Below are positions 10,292-20,922 of a stretch of DNA of 36,679 bases, one piece after another. Location of the stretch: NCBI GenBank assembly GCA_000434395.1, contig FR878755.1:1-36679 (forward strand), read 5' to 3'. The stretch is from Clostridium sp. CAG:568 (GTDB lineage: Bacteria; Bacillota_I; Bacilli_A; RFN20; CAG-288). Positions within the stretch are counted from its first letter, which is position 1. Each line of letters starts with the position of its first letter. The notes beneath the pieces were generated by a model that was not told the DNA's origin, searched no databases, and saw only the letters and a program-made list of their open reading frames with translations. A program made the position numbers and the translations under genes.

Positions 10292-10897
10292 ATGAAAAAT
10301 AGTTATAAATTTTTATTCGGGTTTACATTAGCTTCTACTTTATTTTTATCTTCGTGTCAGCAAAATAACAAGCCTGATTATAACGTTGTAGTCGATTCTA
10401 ATCAGATTCACTTAAAAGTAACTTTGGATGACAGCTTTAAAAAAGAATATCAAAGTGGGGAGACTCTTAATCTCGACGGATTACATGCTTATTTTAATGA
10501 TCAAGAATTGAGCATTAATGAAACTTTTTATATAACTAACAGTCAATCTTTTCCTAAAGAATCAAAGATAGATTTAACTAAAGCGAAACTGACTACTGAC
10601 AATGCTGAAGCTACTAAATCATTCTTTGTTTATCACGAAGAAGACGATATTGTCTATGTCAGCGATTCAATTGTATTGCAAGTCAAGAATCCTAATGGTG
10701 GACATACTTGGATCTACTATACTGTCTTTGGTGTCGTGTTAGTTGTTTTAGCTCTTTGGCAAGGATTGAAAATTAAATCTAAAAACGATAAAGAAAAAGC
10801 TGATAAGGAAAATAAGAAAAAACATAAAAAGAATGAAGGAAATATAGAAGAAGTAAAAACTGACAAGACTCCTTCGGATTCAAACGAGAAAAAATAA
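10292..10897 (+). CDS. lipoprotein with C-terminal TM anchor and K/E-rich tail
   Basis: Internal ATG (MKNSYKF...) followed by signal peptide and lipobox LSS-C. C-terminal hydrophobic helix (IYYTVFGVVLVVLALW), then a charged tail. Confidence 0.55.
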   Translation: MKNSYKFLFGFTLASTLFLSSCQQNNKPDYNVVVDSNQIHLKVTLDDSFKKEYQSGETLNLDGLHAYFNDQELSINETFYITNSQSFPKESKIDLTKAKLTTDNAEATKSFFVYHEEDDIVYVSDSIVLQVKNPNGGHTWIYYTVFGVVLVVLALWQGLKIKSKNDKEKADKENKKKHKKNEGNIEEVKTDKTPSDSNEKK

Positions 10898-10938
10898 TTA
10901 CTGTTAGGATTTTGCTTTGTTATTTTATAATTTATTAA

Positions 10939-10961
10939 CTCAACTATTGGCTGATAGTTGA
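10939..10961 (+). terminator. hairpin (terminator or operator) upstream of the suf operon
   Basis: TCAACTAT-tggctg-ATAGTTGA inverted repeat followed by an A/T-rich stretch. Confidence 0.4.
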
Positions 10962-11031
10962 ATATTTATCATATTTATTGATAGATTATTGAAACATAAT
11001 TAAAATATATAAGCTTTGGAGGATTTTTTGC

Positions 11032-11853
11032 ATGGCATTTATTGAAATAAGAGGCCTTAAAGCTGAAGTTGATGGATTGGAGATTCTCCGCGGAATAGAC
11101 TTAGATATTGAAAAAGGTGATGTCTTTGGTCTATTAGGCCCTAATGGACATGGTAAATCCACACTTTTGACTTGTTTGATGGGTAATCCACATTATCAAA
11201 TAACAGAGGGATCTATTAGGATTGATGGAGAAGAAATCGTAGGAAAGACACCTGATGAGATTTCAAAGATGGGTGTTTTCTATTGCTTCCAAAATCCACC
11301 TGAGATTCAAGGCGTTGTATCGATGGATTTTTATAAAGCAGCTATCAACGCTCATAGAGAAAAGCCTATAGGTTTATTTGAATATTACAAATCATTGGAA
11401 CAGGCTTATAAGGATGTCGGTCTTCCTTCAGATATGAAAGAAAGACATCTTAATGATGGGTTCTCTGGTGGAGAAAAGAAACGTAATGAAATACTTCAAA
11501 TGCTTCTTTTGAAACCCAAGATTTGTATGCTTGATGAAATTGACTCCGGTCTTGATGTCGATGCTATTAAGACTGTAGGTGAGAACATAAATAAACTCGA
11601 AAAAGAAGGAACTACTTTCATTATTGTTTCTCATTACGCTAGATTGTTCGATGAGATAAATCCAACTAAATCAGCAGTTATTATAAATGGAAAAGTCGGA
11701 TTGACTGGTGGACCTGATTTAATAAAGAGAGTAGATACAGAAGGTTATACATTCTTGAAGAGTGAGTATGGAATCGATATAACTAAGACAGAAGAAAAAG
11801 CTCCAAATATGTTGGGCGAGTGTTTTGTCGCTAACGAGGCTAAGAATAAGTAA
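11032..11853 (+). CDS. sufC: Fe-S cluster assembly ATPase SufC
   Basis: Walker A GPNGHGKST, ABC signature FSGGEKKR, Walker B MLDEIDSG. About 270 aa, typical SufC length. First gene of a suf operon. Confidence 0.9.
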   Translation: MAFIEIRGLKAEVDGLEILRGIDLDIEKGDVFGLLGPNGHGKSTLLTCLMGNPHYQITEGSIRIDGEEIVGKTPDEISKMGVFYCFQNPPEIQGVVSMDFYKAAINAHREKPIGLFEYYKSLEQAYKDVGLPSDMKERHLNDGFSGGEKKRNEILQMLLLKPKICMLDEIDSGLDVDAIKTVGENINKLEKEGTTFIIVSHYARLFDEINPTKSAVIINGKVGLTGGPDLIKRVDTEGYTFLKSEYGIDITKTEEKAPNMLGECFVANEAKNK

Positions 11854-12548
11854 TGACTGGATTAAGAGATTATTATGAGCCTGACTGTGATGTCATAGAT
11901 TTGTCTTCTACTTTGAAAGAAGGAGAAGAAAAAATCATAGATATCGTCAATTTAAAAAGAAACAAGCCTTTAAAAATAATAGGAAAGATTATTTTGAAAG
12001 ATAGAGCTAAGTTGACAATTGTCGAAGTCGATTTCGCTAAGTTTGATGTCGATTTTCTTTTAGATGTAGAATGCATTGGATATAAGTCTGAATTCAGGTA
12101 TCATCTCTCTTCTTTGAATAGAGATGATGAAAAGAAGATATATAAAGCTAATGTCGTTCATAAAGGTAAGGAATCATTTTCTAGAACTTCGATGTTTGGA
12201 GTTTGTGAAGGCTCTTCTAAGATGCAGTTCTTAGGAGCTTCAGATATTAGAAAAGGAGCAGCTAAGACTAACACTCGTCAAGAAGCAAAGATTGTTAATT
12301 TATCTGGTAAAGCAAGATGTGTTGCTTCACCTGCACTTTTGATTTCGGAAGAGGATGTCTTTGCATCTCATGGAGCATCGATGGGATCAGTTCCAGATAA
12401 CGATATCTTTTATTTAATGTCTAGAGGAATAGATAGACCTACAGCTAATAAGTTGATCATGGTTGGATATTTGAAGCCTATCGCTTTGAAGATTAAAGAT
12501 GAGAAGATTAAAGAAGAAGCATTGGATTTGCTAGGGAAAGAAATATGA
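11853..12548 (+). CDS. sufD: Fe-S cluster assembly protein SufD (short form, 231 aa)
   Basis: SufB/SufD-family C-terminal beta-helix region, sitting between sufC and sufS. About half the length of a typical SufD. Confidence 0.7.
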   Translation: MTGLRDYYEPDCDVIDLSSTLKEGEEKIIDIVNLKRNKPLKIIGKIILKDRAKLTIVEVDFAKFDVDFLLDVECIGYKSEFRYHLSSLNRDDEKKIYKANVVHKGKESFSRTSMFGVCEGSSKMQFLGASDIRKGAAKTNTRQEAKIVNLSGKARCVASPALLISEEDVFASHGASMGSVPDNDIFYLMSRGIDRPTANKLIMVGYLKPIALKIKDEKIKEEALDLLGKEI

Positions 12549-13792
12549 CGAAGTCTATATCACAAGAAGAGATAGAGAAAATCAGAAATGATTTTCCTAT
12601 GCTAAGAAATGTTAAAGAGATGCAAAATCATAGATTTTGCTATCTCGATAATGGTGCTACAACATTTAAACCTGACTGTGTTATTAAAGCTAGCAACTCA
12701 TATTATGAAACTTGGAATGCTAATACACATCGCGGAGATTATGACATTGCTCATCTAGCTGACAAACGATATTGGCAAGCTAGAGAAAGAGTAGCCAAAT
12801 TCATAAATTCAAATCCTGAGGAAATTGTCTTTACTGCCGGAAATACAGAAGGAATGAATATCGTTGCATATGGAATTTGTTCTATATTAAGCCCTGGTGA
12901 TGAAATAGTTATTTCAACTGCTGAGCATGCATCGAATGTTTTGCCTTGGTTTAATTGGGCAAAGAATTTTAATTTGGTAGTCAAGTTTGCTCCTCTAGAC
13001 GAAGAGGGGAAAGTGACTGTCGATACATTAAAAACGGTTATGTCAGATAAGACCAAAGTGGTTTCGTTGGCTCATGTATCGAACGTTCTAGGAAATGTTA
13101 TCGACGCTAAAGCTATAGCTAAATTAGTCCATGATAATGGAGCTTATTTTGTTTTGGATGGTGCTCAATCCATACCTCACAAAAAAATAGATGTCAAAGA
13201 TTTAGACTGTGATGCATTAATCTTTTCTGGCCATAAAATGTTAGGACCTAATGGAATCGGTGTTTTATATGGAAAGAAGAAGTTGTTGAATTCTATTCCT
13301 CCTTTGCTTAGCGGTGGAGGGATGAACGCAACTTTTGATACTAAGTGCATGGTCAGTTATGAGGAAATTCCTTTTAAGTTTGAAGCAGGAACTCAAAATG
13401 TTCCTGGGGCTTGTGGTTTAGCTAAAGCTATGGATTATCTTGATTCTATTGGAATGGATAGAATAGATTCTTATGAATATGAATTGAAACAAATAGCATT
13501 GGACAAGCTTAAAGAAGCTAAGGATATAGAGATATATAATCCAAAATCCAAATCCGGAATTATAGACTTCAATAGAAGAGGAGTTTTCTCCCAGGATGAG
13601 GGAACTCTTTTGAATAGTCTTGGTATCTGTGTTAGAAGTGGATTCCATTGTGCAAAGATATTGACTGATTATCTTCCTAAAACTGGTACTGTCAGAGCTT
13701 CATTTTATATCTATAATAACGAAGCTGATGTCGATCAGTTCGTCGATAGTCTATTGAAAGGAGGAGATATATTAGATGCCTATTTCAATTGA
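12545..13792 (+). CDS. sufS: cysteine desulfurase SufS (PLP-dependent)
   Basis: Class II aminotransferase-like. PLP lysine in SGHKMLGP. Catalytic Cys region RSGFHCA. Confidence 0.9.
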   Translation: MTKSISQEEIEKIRNDFPMLRNVKEMQNHRFCYLDNGATTFKPDCVIKASNSYYETWNANTHRGDYDIAHLADKRYWQARERVAKFINSNPEEIVFTAGNTEGMNIVAYGICSILSPGDEIVISTAEHASNVLPWFNWAKNFNLVVKFAPLDEEGKVTVDTLKTVMSDKTKVVSLAHVSNVLGNVIDAKAIAKLVHDNGAYFVLDGAQSIPHKKIDVKDLDCDALIFSGHKMLGPNGIGVLYGKKKLLNSIPPLLSGGGMNATFDTKCMVSYEEIPFKFEAGTQNVPGACGLAKAMDYLDSIGMDRIDSYEYELKQIALDKLKEAKDIEIYNPKSKSGIIDFNRRGVFSQDEGTLLNSLGICVRSGFHCAKILTDYLPKTGTVRASFYIYNNEADVDQFVDSLLKGGDILDAYFN

Positions 13793-14228
13793 TTCAATGA
13801 TGATGCGAGAAATGATGATGGATCATTACGATAACCCTAGAAATAAGGAAGAAGTAAAAGATCCTAGATATAAATCTATCAGGATGAATTCATCTTCTTG
13901 TATCGATGATATAACAGTTCAAGTCTTGTTGGATAAAGATGTCATCGAGGATGTTAAATGGTTTGGAACTGCTTGTGTCATATCTACAGCAGCTACTTCC
14001 GTAATGTCTGAATTAGTTAAAGGAAAGACGCTAAAAGAAGCTGCCGATCTTATGGATAACTATATGAAGATGCTTGAAGGTCAGCCTTATGATCAAGATA
14101 AGCTACAAGAAGCTATAATCTTCCAAAATGTTGGAAGACAAGCTTCTAGAATAGGATGTGCGACCATCGGTTGGAGAGGTTTGTTTCAAGCGGTGGTGAA
14201 AGAAGATGAGAAGGAGGGGGATAAATAG
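13776..14228 (+). CDS. sufU: SUF system Fe-S/zinc-dependent sulfur transfer protein SufU
   Basis: NifU/IscU-like, about 150 aa. Conserved YDNPRN motif and ligand Cys/Asp residues (CIDD, GTAC, GC). Confidence 0.85.
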   Translation: MPISIDSMMMREMMMDHYDNPRNKEEVKDPRYKSIRMNSSSCIDDITVQVLLDKDVIEDVKWFGTACVISTAATSVMSELVKGKTLKEAADLMDNYMKMLEGQPYDQDKLQEAIIFQNVGRQASRIGCATIGWRGLFQAVVKEDEKEGDK

Positions 14229-14231
14229 ACT

Positions 14232-15665
14232 ATGCCAGATAAAAATAGTCATGCAAAGTTTGATCCTACAGAAGGAAATGAAGAAAGACGTAAGGAATAT
14301 GAATTCCATGACGATGTCATTCCTATAGTTGAAACACCTAAAGGAATCAATGAGGATATCGTAAGACAAATATCTCAATTGAAAGGAGAACCTGAATGGA
14401 TGCTCCAATTGAGGTTGAAAGGCTATAAGAACTTTGCTGAAAGACCTCAGCCTTCCTTCGGACCTAATCTCGATTTCATCAAGTTCCAAGACTATAGATA
14501 CTTTACTCGTTACACTAAGGGTGTATCTAAGAGTTGGGATGATGTTCCTGAAACAATCAAGAATACTTTTAAAAAGTTGGGAATTCCAGAACAAGAGCAA
14601 AAATACTTAGCAGGAGTTAATACTCAATATGAATCTGAATCTGTCTATTCTTCCATGCTTAAAGAGGTCGACGAGAAAGGTGTAATCTTCTGTGACACCG
14701 ATACTGCTTTGAAAAAATATCCTGAATTAGTAAAAAAGTATTTTGGAACAGTCGTTCCTTTCAACGACAACAAGTATGCCGCTTTGAATACGGCTGTTTG
14801 GTCGGGTGGAATATTTATTTATGTACCTAAAGGTGTTCATGTAGACAAACCTCTTCAATCTTATTTTAGAATCAATAATGCTTTGTCTGGCCAGTTTGAA
14901 AGATCTTTGATCGTTGTCGATGACGATGCTTCTCTCCATTTTGTCGAAGGATGTACAGCACCTGTTTATTCCCAGGATTCATTACATGCTGCTGTGGTTG
15001 AAATCGTCGTTGGAAAACGTGCAAAATGCCGTTATACTACTATTCAAAATTGGTCTACCAATGTTGTAAATCTAGTCACCCAAAGAGCTGTTGTTGAAGA
15101 AGATGGCCTCATGGAATGGATCGATGGAAACATCGGATCAGGAAGAAACATGAAGTATCCTTGCTGTATTTTAAAAGGCGATAGAGCTAAAGGTTCTTGT
15201 ATATCTATCGCCGTAGGTGCTAAGAATCAATATCAGGACAACGGAGCTAAGATGATCCATATCGGAAAATACACATCTTCTACTACAATTTCAAAGTCTG
15301 TTGTCAAAGAAGGTGGAAAAGCTAATTTCCGTGGCTTGATAAAGATCATGCCTCAAGCATATGGTGCTAGATCACACGAGGAATGTGACACTTTGATTTT
15401 GGATGACTCCTCAGCTTCGGATACTATTCCAGATAATATATGTATGAATGATTCTGCTTATATTGAACACGAAGCGACAGTGAGTAAGATCAATGAGACT
15501 GAGTTGTTCTATCTCATGTCTAGAGGATTGTCTCAATCAGAAGCTACTAAGACTATTGTTATGGGATTTATAGAGCCTTTTGCTAAAGAATTACCTTTGG
15601 AATATTCAGTTGAGCTAAGCCATTTGATTTCATTGGATATGACCAAAGCAGGGAGTGTTGGATAA
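14232..15665 (+). CDS. sufB: Fe-S cluster assembly protein SufB
   Basis: 477 aa, SufB family, last gene of the sufCDSUB operon. Confidence 0.9.
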   Translation: MPDKNSHAKFDPTEGNEERRKEYEFHDDVIPIVETPKGINEDIVRQISQLKGEPEWMLQLRLKGYKNFAERPQPSFGPNLDFIKFQDYRYFTRYTKGVSKSWDDVPETIKNTFKKLGIPEQEQKYLAGVNTQYESESVYSSMLKEVDEKGVIFCDTDTALKKYPELVKKYFGTVVPFNDNKYAALNTAVWSGGIFIYVPKGVHVDKPLQSYFRINNALSGQFERSLIVVDDDASLHFVEGCTAPVYSQDSLHAAVVEIVVGKRAKCRYTTIQNWSTNVVNLVTQRAVVEEDGLMEWIDGNIGSGRNMKYPCCILKGDRAKGSCISIAVGAKNQYQDNGAKMIHIGKYTSSTTISKSVVKEGGKANFRGLIKIMPQAYGARSHEECDTLILDDSSASDTIPDNICMNDSAYIEHEATVSKINETELFYLMSRGLSQSEATKTIVMGFIEPFAKELPLEYSVELSHLISLDMTKAGSVG

Positions 15666-15668
15666 ACT

Positions 15669-17540
15669 ATGATTACAAATTTTGATTATGATGCTATTGT
15701 AGTCGGAGCTGGACATGCTGGAACAGAAGCTGCCCATGCTTTGGCAACTTTAGGCAAAAATACATTGATGCTTTGTCTAAACAAAAAAGTAATGGCGAAT
15801 CTTCCATGCAATCCATCAATAGGTGGATCAGCTAAAGGAATTGTTGTTAGAGAGATAGATGCTTTAGGTGGAATAGAAGGAAAGTTAGCTGATAAAACTG
15901 CCCTTCAAATGAAGGTTTTGAACATGTCTAAGGGTCCTGGAGTTAGATCCTTAAGAGCTCAAGAAGATAAAGTCGATTATCCTAAAGCTGTTTTGGCCTA
16001 TATGGAGCAGGTGAAGAACTTAACTATCAAAGAGGGAATGGCTGTCGATTTGATAGTCGATGATGATAAATCCATAAGAGGGGTAGTCATGGAAGATGGA
16101 AGTAGAATAACTTCTAAGGTTGTCGTTTTGACTACAGGAACTCATATGGAGTCTTTGATATTGAGAGGACATGTAGTCAAAGAAGGTGGACCTGATGGTG
16201 AGAAAGCTTCTCATGGATTATCTCAAGCTTTGAAGAACTTGGGAATCGAATTGCTGAGATTGAAGACAGGAACTCCTCCTAGAATAAAAAGAGACTCAAT
16301 TGATTTCTCTAAACTAGAGCCTCAGCCTGGAACACCTGGACAATGGGCATTCTCGTATGACACCAATGAGTTCTTACCCGTCGAGAAGATGATTATGTGT
16401 TATTTGACATATACGACTCCTGAAACTCATAAGATTATCTTAGATCACCTCAAAGACTCTGCCATGTATGGAGGAGTAGTAAAAGGTGTCGGACCTAGAT
16501 ACTGCCCATCTATAGAAGACAAAGTTGTTAGGTTCAAAGATCATCCAAGACATATGCTTTTTGTCGAACCTGAATCTATTCATACTGATTCGATTTATCT
16601 ACAGGGATTTTCAACTTCAATGCCTGTTGAATTACAAGGCCCTATGGTGCATTCACTTCCTGGATTTGAACATGCGGAGTTTTTGAAGTATGCTTATGCT
16701 ATCGAATATGATGCGATTCAGCCACTTCAAGTTCAAAGAAATTTGATGATTAGAAATCATCCAGGTTTATTTATCGCAGGTCAAATATTGGGAACATCTG
16801 GATATGAGGAAGCAGCTGGAGCTGGACTTTTAGCTGGAATTAATGCTTCTTTATATATAGATAACAAGCCTTGGTTCACCCTCAGGAGAGATCAAGCTTA
16901 TCTCGGTGTTATGATCGATGACTTGGTTACAAAAGGAACTAAAGAACCTTATAGACTTCTTTCATCAAGAAGCGAATATAGATTGATTACAAGATCTGAT
17001 AATGCTGATGAAAGATTGATTAAAATTGGATACGATTTAGGACTTAATTCCAAAGACAGATACGATAAGTATCTTAAAAGAATGGATGAATTAAAAGTCG
17101 CTGAGCATGCACTTGATACAATTTATGTTGGCTTGAATGAAAAGACGCCTAAGTATTTAGAATCAGTTGGTGAGACTAAGCCTATCGGATCTACATCTTA
17201 TAAGGAATTATTGAAAAGACCTAAGGTCACATATGAGGGGCTTCAGCAATGTGAACCTAAGCTTCCAGTCTTATCTAGTGATTTAGGTGTTAAGATAGAG
17301 ACTAATGTCAAGTATAAAGGCTATATCGATTTGGAAGAGAAGGATGTTGAGAAGATGCAAGCTATGGAAAGCTTGATTCTTCCTCAAGATTTGGATTATT
17401 CTAAAGTTGAAGGTATTTCTTTGGAAGCTAGAGAAAAGTTGAATAAGATCAAGCCTAAGACTATAGGCGAGGCTTCTAGAATAACCAATGTTCATCCAGC
17501 TGATATCGATAGATTGCTTTTCTTGATTAGAAAGAAATAG
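15669..17540 (+). CDS. mnmG: tRNA uridine-5-carboxymethylaminomethyl modification enzyme MnmG (GidA)
   Basis: N-terminal FAD motif DVIVVGAGHAGTEAA. About 620 aa. Conserved C-terminal MnmG helical domain. Confidence 0.9.
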   Translation: MITNFDYDAIVVGAGHAGTEAAHALATLGKNTLMLCLNKKVMANLPCNPSIGGSAKGIVVREIDALGGIEGKLADKTALQMKVLNMSKGPGVRSLRAQEDKVDYPKAVLAYMEQVKNLTIKEGMAVDLIVDDDKSIRGVVMEDGSRITSKVVVLTTGTHMESLILRGHVVKEGGPDGEKASHGLSQALKNLGIELLRLKTGTPPRIKRDSIDFSKLEPQPGTPGQWAFSYDTNEFLPVEKMIMCYLTYTTPETHKIILDHLKDSAMYGGVVKGVGPRYCPSIEDKVVRFKDHPRHMLFVEPESIHTDSIYLQGFSTSMPVELQGPMVHSLPGFEHAEFLKYAYAIEYDAIQPLQVQRNLMIRNHPGLFIAGQILGTSGYEEAAGAGLLAGINASLYIDNKPWFTLRRDQAYLGVMIDDLVTKGTKEPYRLLSSRSEYRLITRSDNADERLIKIGYDLGLNSKDRYDKYLKRMDELKVAEHALDTIYVGLNEKTPKYLESVGETKPIGSTSYKELLKRPKVTYEGLQQCEPKLPVLSSDLGVKIETNVKYKGYIDLEEKDVEKMQAMESLILPQDLDYSKVEGISLEAREKLNKIKPKTIGEASRITNVHPADIDRLLFLIRKK

Positions 17541-17551
17541 GAGAAACCGAT

Positions 17552-18514
17552 ATGACTCTATTTACTATAAAGAAAGCTTTTCATGAAATGAAAAACATGG
17601 GCCTTAAGAAGTTTCTTAAAACTTTTAAGTTCCAAGTCTCATATCACAATAAAAAGAAGAACAACAAATATTTGAAGAAGATTTATAAAGAGTATTATCC
17701 ATATGTATCAAAGACTTATGGCGGAAAGAATAGAGAATATCCATCTCTTACAAAAGAAGAAAAGAATATGTTCTTCTTTTGGTGGGATGGAATCGATAGT
17801 CTTCCAAATAAAGCTAAGAGAAACTTAGAAAGGATGAAAGAACTCTATGGAGATACTTTCAATATCGTTTTCATAGATAAGCATAATTTTAAAGAAATTT
17901 CTGGAATGAAGCAGATATTCATAGATGCATTTATGAAAAATCATATCTCCATACAAACATTTTCTGATATTCTTAGATTCAGTCTTATATATAAAAAAGG
18001 CGGAATATGGGTAGATTCGACGATATTTTTTACATCGAAGATAGATCTTGAATCGCAACTGGAGAAACAATCTATCTTATCTTTGGGAAATCAGGGGATG
18101 AAAGGCTGGTTCGAATTGAATGGTGAGCATTGCACTTGGAGCGATTTCTTTATAGGTGGAAGACGTAATTCTTTGATTTGTGAAGCCATGCTTGATTTAT
18201 ACGAGAAATATCTATCTAAACATAAAGATATTCTCATATACTTCTTAATCGATGATTTCTTGATGCTTTTGAAATTGGCTGATGTAGAGGATGGAGCTCT
18301 TAAAAGATTATCTATTTATGAATCTAGTCCATTCTATATAGCTGATCATTTTAAAGATGAGTTGTCTAAAAATAATCTGGATATGATTTATAGTGTTCCT
18401 CAAAAGATTGACAGACGTGAAAACTATGATAATGATAATCCTAATTCAATCTATAACTTAGTAGTTCTAAACGGATTGAGTTATGAGGATGCCAAAAAGC
18501 ATTGTTCTATGTAG
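17552..18514 (+). CDS. Caps_synth-like glycosyltransferase (capsular polysaccharide synthesis protein family)
   Basis: ATG after TAGGAGAAA. Motif FFFWWDGIDSLP, reminiscent of the WQFWWQG motif in capsule-synthesis glycosyltransferases. Confidence 0.55.
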   Translation: MTLFTIKKAFHEMKNMGLKKFLKTFKFQVSYHNKKKNNKYLKKIYKEYYPYVSKTYGGKNREYPSLTKEEKNMFFFWWDGIDSLPNKAKRNLERMKELYGDTFNIVFIDKHNFKEISGMKQIFIDAFMKNHISIQTFSDILRFSLIYKKGGIWVDSTIFFTSKIDLESQLEKQSILSLGNQGMKGWFELNGEHCTWSDFFIGGRRNSLICEAMLDLYEKYLSKHKDILIYFLIDDFLMLLKLADVEDGALKRLSIYESSPFYIADHFKDELSKNNLDMIYSVPQKIDRRENYDNDNPNSIYNLVVLNGLSYEDAKKHCSM

Positions 18515-18553
18515 TTTTACCAAGAATCAATGCTGTTTTCTCTATTCTAACAC

Positions 18554-18582
18554 TTGAAATTTATATACTTAGTTTATAAAAT
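18554..18582 (+). promoter_or_regulatory. sigma-A promoter for tRNA-Gln
   Basis: TTGAAA-n17-TAAAAT, ending ~12 nt upstream of the tRNA 5' end. Confidence 0.5.
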
Positions 18583-18594
18583 ATCTTTTGCCTT

Positions 18595-18669
18595 TGGGAA
18601 TTAGCCAAGTGGTAAGGCTCTGGTCTCTGAAACCAGCATGCAGTGGTTCGAACCCACTATTCCCAGCCA
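18595..18669 (+). tRNA. tRNA-Gln (anticodon CUG)
   Basis: Acceptor TGGGAAT/ATTCCCA-G-CCA. 3-bp D-stem typical of tRNA-Gln. Anticodon arm CTGGT-CTCTGAA-ACCAG. T-arm AGTGG-TTCGAAC-CCACT. Confidence 0.8.
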
Positions 18670-18681
18670 ATAGATATCAAT

Positions 18682-18705
18682 TCCGGCGATTTGCCGGATT
18701 TTTAT
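18682..18705 (+). terminator. rho-independent terminator after tRNA-Gln
   Basis: TCCGGC-gattt-GCCGGA followed by TTTTTATTT. Confidence 0.6.
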
Positions 18706-18769
18706 TTATAAAATATGTTGAAAAGAGAAAGAGAAAGTTAAATAATTTTAGCTTGGTTAGGTGGTACAT

Positions 18770-20908
18770 ATGAATAGAAGCAAAATAATTGAATTATTGA
18801 ATATTCGTGATATGGATGAAGATGAATTGAGAGCTAAGTCGAATTGTTCTTTAGATGAGATTAAAAAATTCTTAAATATACTAGTTTTTGAAGGCCGGAT
18901 AATCAGACTTGGAGATGGTAAATATTCATTGACTGGATCTAGAATTGTTCTTTCATATGTTAAAAATAGATTTAAAGATTATGCTTACGTCACACCATTG
19001 AAGAAAGATATGCGTGATATAAGACTGGTAGGACAAGACGCAACTAAATTATTAAAAGGAGATTGTGTCTTTGTAAGAATTGATGATGATCTTTATGAGA
19101 ATAATGGTGAAGGTTCATTGATTCAAATAGTAAGACCGGTATCTTTTATTGAGGGCATTATATCTAAGGATGATGAAGGATTCTTTATCAATTCTTTTAA
19201 GAACATCGATAGTGAAGTTAGATTCGATGTCAAAAGGACATCTATAGAATTGATAGAAGGTCAATTAGTTAGGGCGGAAATAATTGATAGAAGAGATTAT
19301 ATATGTGATGTAGAAGTTACTAAAGTGATATCTAAGCCAGGCGATAGAATGTTCGATTTGATGAATGCTATAGTTGAAAAAGGCGGGACATTGACATACC
19401 CTAAAGATGTTGATGAACAAGCTATAAATTTAACTACCAACTTTACTGATACAGCTAAAGATAGACATGATTTAACCAATGAATTTATGGTGACCATAGA
19501 TGGTGCATCCACTAAAGATTTCGATGACGGACTATCTATAAGAAAGACTGATTATGGTTATGATGTGGGAGTTCATATTGCAGATGTTGCAAGTTACGTT
19601 AAAGAAGGAACTCCGTTGGACTATGAGGCTAGATTGAGAGCTACATCTATGTATTTCCCAGAGACTGAAATATCGATGTTACCAACGATTCTATCCGATG
19701 ATGTCTGCTCATTGAATCCAAATGTCGATAAATTGACTATAACATGTCTCTTACATTTAGACCATGATGGAATTTATAAATCTAGTGAAGTCTTTTTGTC
19801 TAAAGTCAAATCCAAAGCAAGACTCACTTATGATCAAGTCGACGAATATATAAAAGGAAAGGAAGATGAGTTTGATGGTGACCTTAAATATAATGTCGAC
19901 TTGTTGTTGGAATGCTCTAGAAAAATATTGAAGAGAAAAAAGGAAAAAGGCCAGCTTGTTTTTGGAAGAAACTATCCTGAATTCACATTAGATAAGGATG
20001 GAAATCCAGATACAGTTAAACCCAGACATGAATCTGAAGCTGAGAACTTAGTAGAAGTTTTTATGATTTTAGCTAATGATGAAGTCGGAAAGCTTTTAAA
20101 TGACAAAGCAGTTCCTGCTTTGTTTAGGACTGAGGATGCACCTAGGTTTGATGATATGTGTCTAATTAGAGATTTCTTAGATAGATTTGGAATAGATCCT
20201 GATTTATTTCCTAAGATTATTACATCTGAAAACTTAGCCAAATACTTTGAATCGATTCCTAAATGGGCTGAAGTAATAGGAAAGTTATGTACATTAAAGA
20301 TGATGAATCCTGTAGTCTATAGTAGATCGCCTGGACTTCATTTTGGATTGAATTGTAATCATTATGTTTATTTCACTTCTCCTATAAGAAGATATCCAGA
20401 CCTTTTAACTCACAGATTGCTTCACGATTTCTTATTAGACAATAATGATGAAGCGGATAGAAAAGCAGTAGGAGATTATTTAGATAATCTCCCTGACTTA
20501 TTATCGCAAGAAGAAAAACTTGCTAAGCAAATCATGAATAATGCTCATGATATGGAATGTGAAAGATTCATGTCTTCAAGAATGTATGACGTTATGGAAG
20601 GCGAAGTTAGAAACTTCATAGGATCGGGAATTAAAGTTTCTTTAACTAATGGAATAACTGGTCTGTTGCCATATGATCATATCGATAATGATTATTATAA
20701 GAATCAAAGAATGTGTTTTTCAGTTTATGGTAGAAACACTGAAAGAGAAATAGTGTTGGGTGATGTGTTGAAAGTAGCTGTTGTAGATATAATTCCAGAT
20801 ACTCATACTTTGATATTAGGTACAGAAGAATATTTAGATGAATCTGGTGATGATATCGACGAAAACACACTCCAAAATATGAAGAAAAACGGAGTTGTTA
20901 TTAGATAA
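18770..20908 (+). CDS. rnr: ribonuclease R (RNB family 3'-5' exoribonuclease)
   Basis: RNB catalytic motif HFGLNCNHYVYFTSPIRRYPDLLTHR. N-terminal winged-helix/cold-shock region and a C-terminal S1-like region. ATG at 18770 after AGGTGG. Confidence 0.9.
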   Translation: MNRSKIIELLNIRDMDEDELRAKSNCSLDEIKKFLNILVFEGRIIRLGDGKYSLTGSRIVLSYVKNRFKDYAYVTPLKKDMRDIRLVGQDATKLLKGDCVFVRIDDDLYENNGEGSLIQIVRPVSFIEGIISKDDEGFFINSFKNIDSEVRFDVKRTSIELIEGQLVRAEIIDRRDYICDVEVTKVISKPGDRMFDLMNAIVEKGGTLTYPKDVDEQAINLTTNFTDTAKDRHDLTNEFMVTIDGASTKDFDDGLSIRKTDYGYDVGVHIADVASYVKEGTPLDYEARLRATSMYFPETEISMLPTILSDDVCSLNPNVDKLTITCLLHLDHDGIYKSSEVFLSKVKSKARLTYDQVDEYIKGKEDEFDGDLKYNVDLLLECSRKILKRKKEKGQLVFGRNYPEFTLDKDGNPDTVKPRHESEAENLVEVFMILANDEVGKLLNDKAVPALFRTEDAPRFDDMCLIRDFLDRFGIDPDLFPKIITSENLAKYFESIPKWAEVIGKLCTLKMMNPVVYSRSPGLHFGLNCNHYVYFTSPIRRYPDLLTHRLLHDFLLDNNDEADRKAVGDYLDNLPDLLSQEEKLAKQIMNNAHDMECERFMSSRMYDVMEGEVRNFIGSGIKVSLTNGITGLLPYDHIDNDYYKNQRMCFSVYGRNTEREIVLGDVLKVAVVDIIPDTHTLILGTEEYLDESGDDIDENTLQNMKKNGVVIR

Positions 20909-20922
20909 ATAATAAGAAGTTG

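Noticed and set aside
18588-18773. 61-aa plus-strand ORF
   Set aside because: It overlaps tRNA-Gln and its terminator; it is an artefact of the tRNA sequence.
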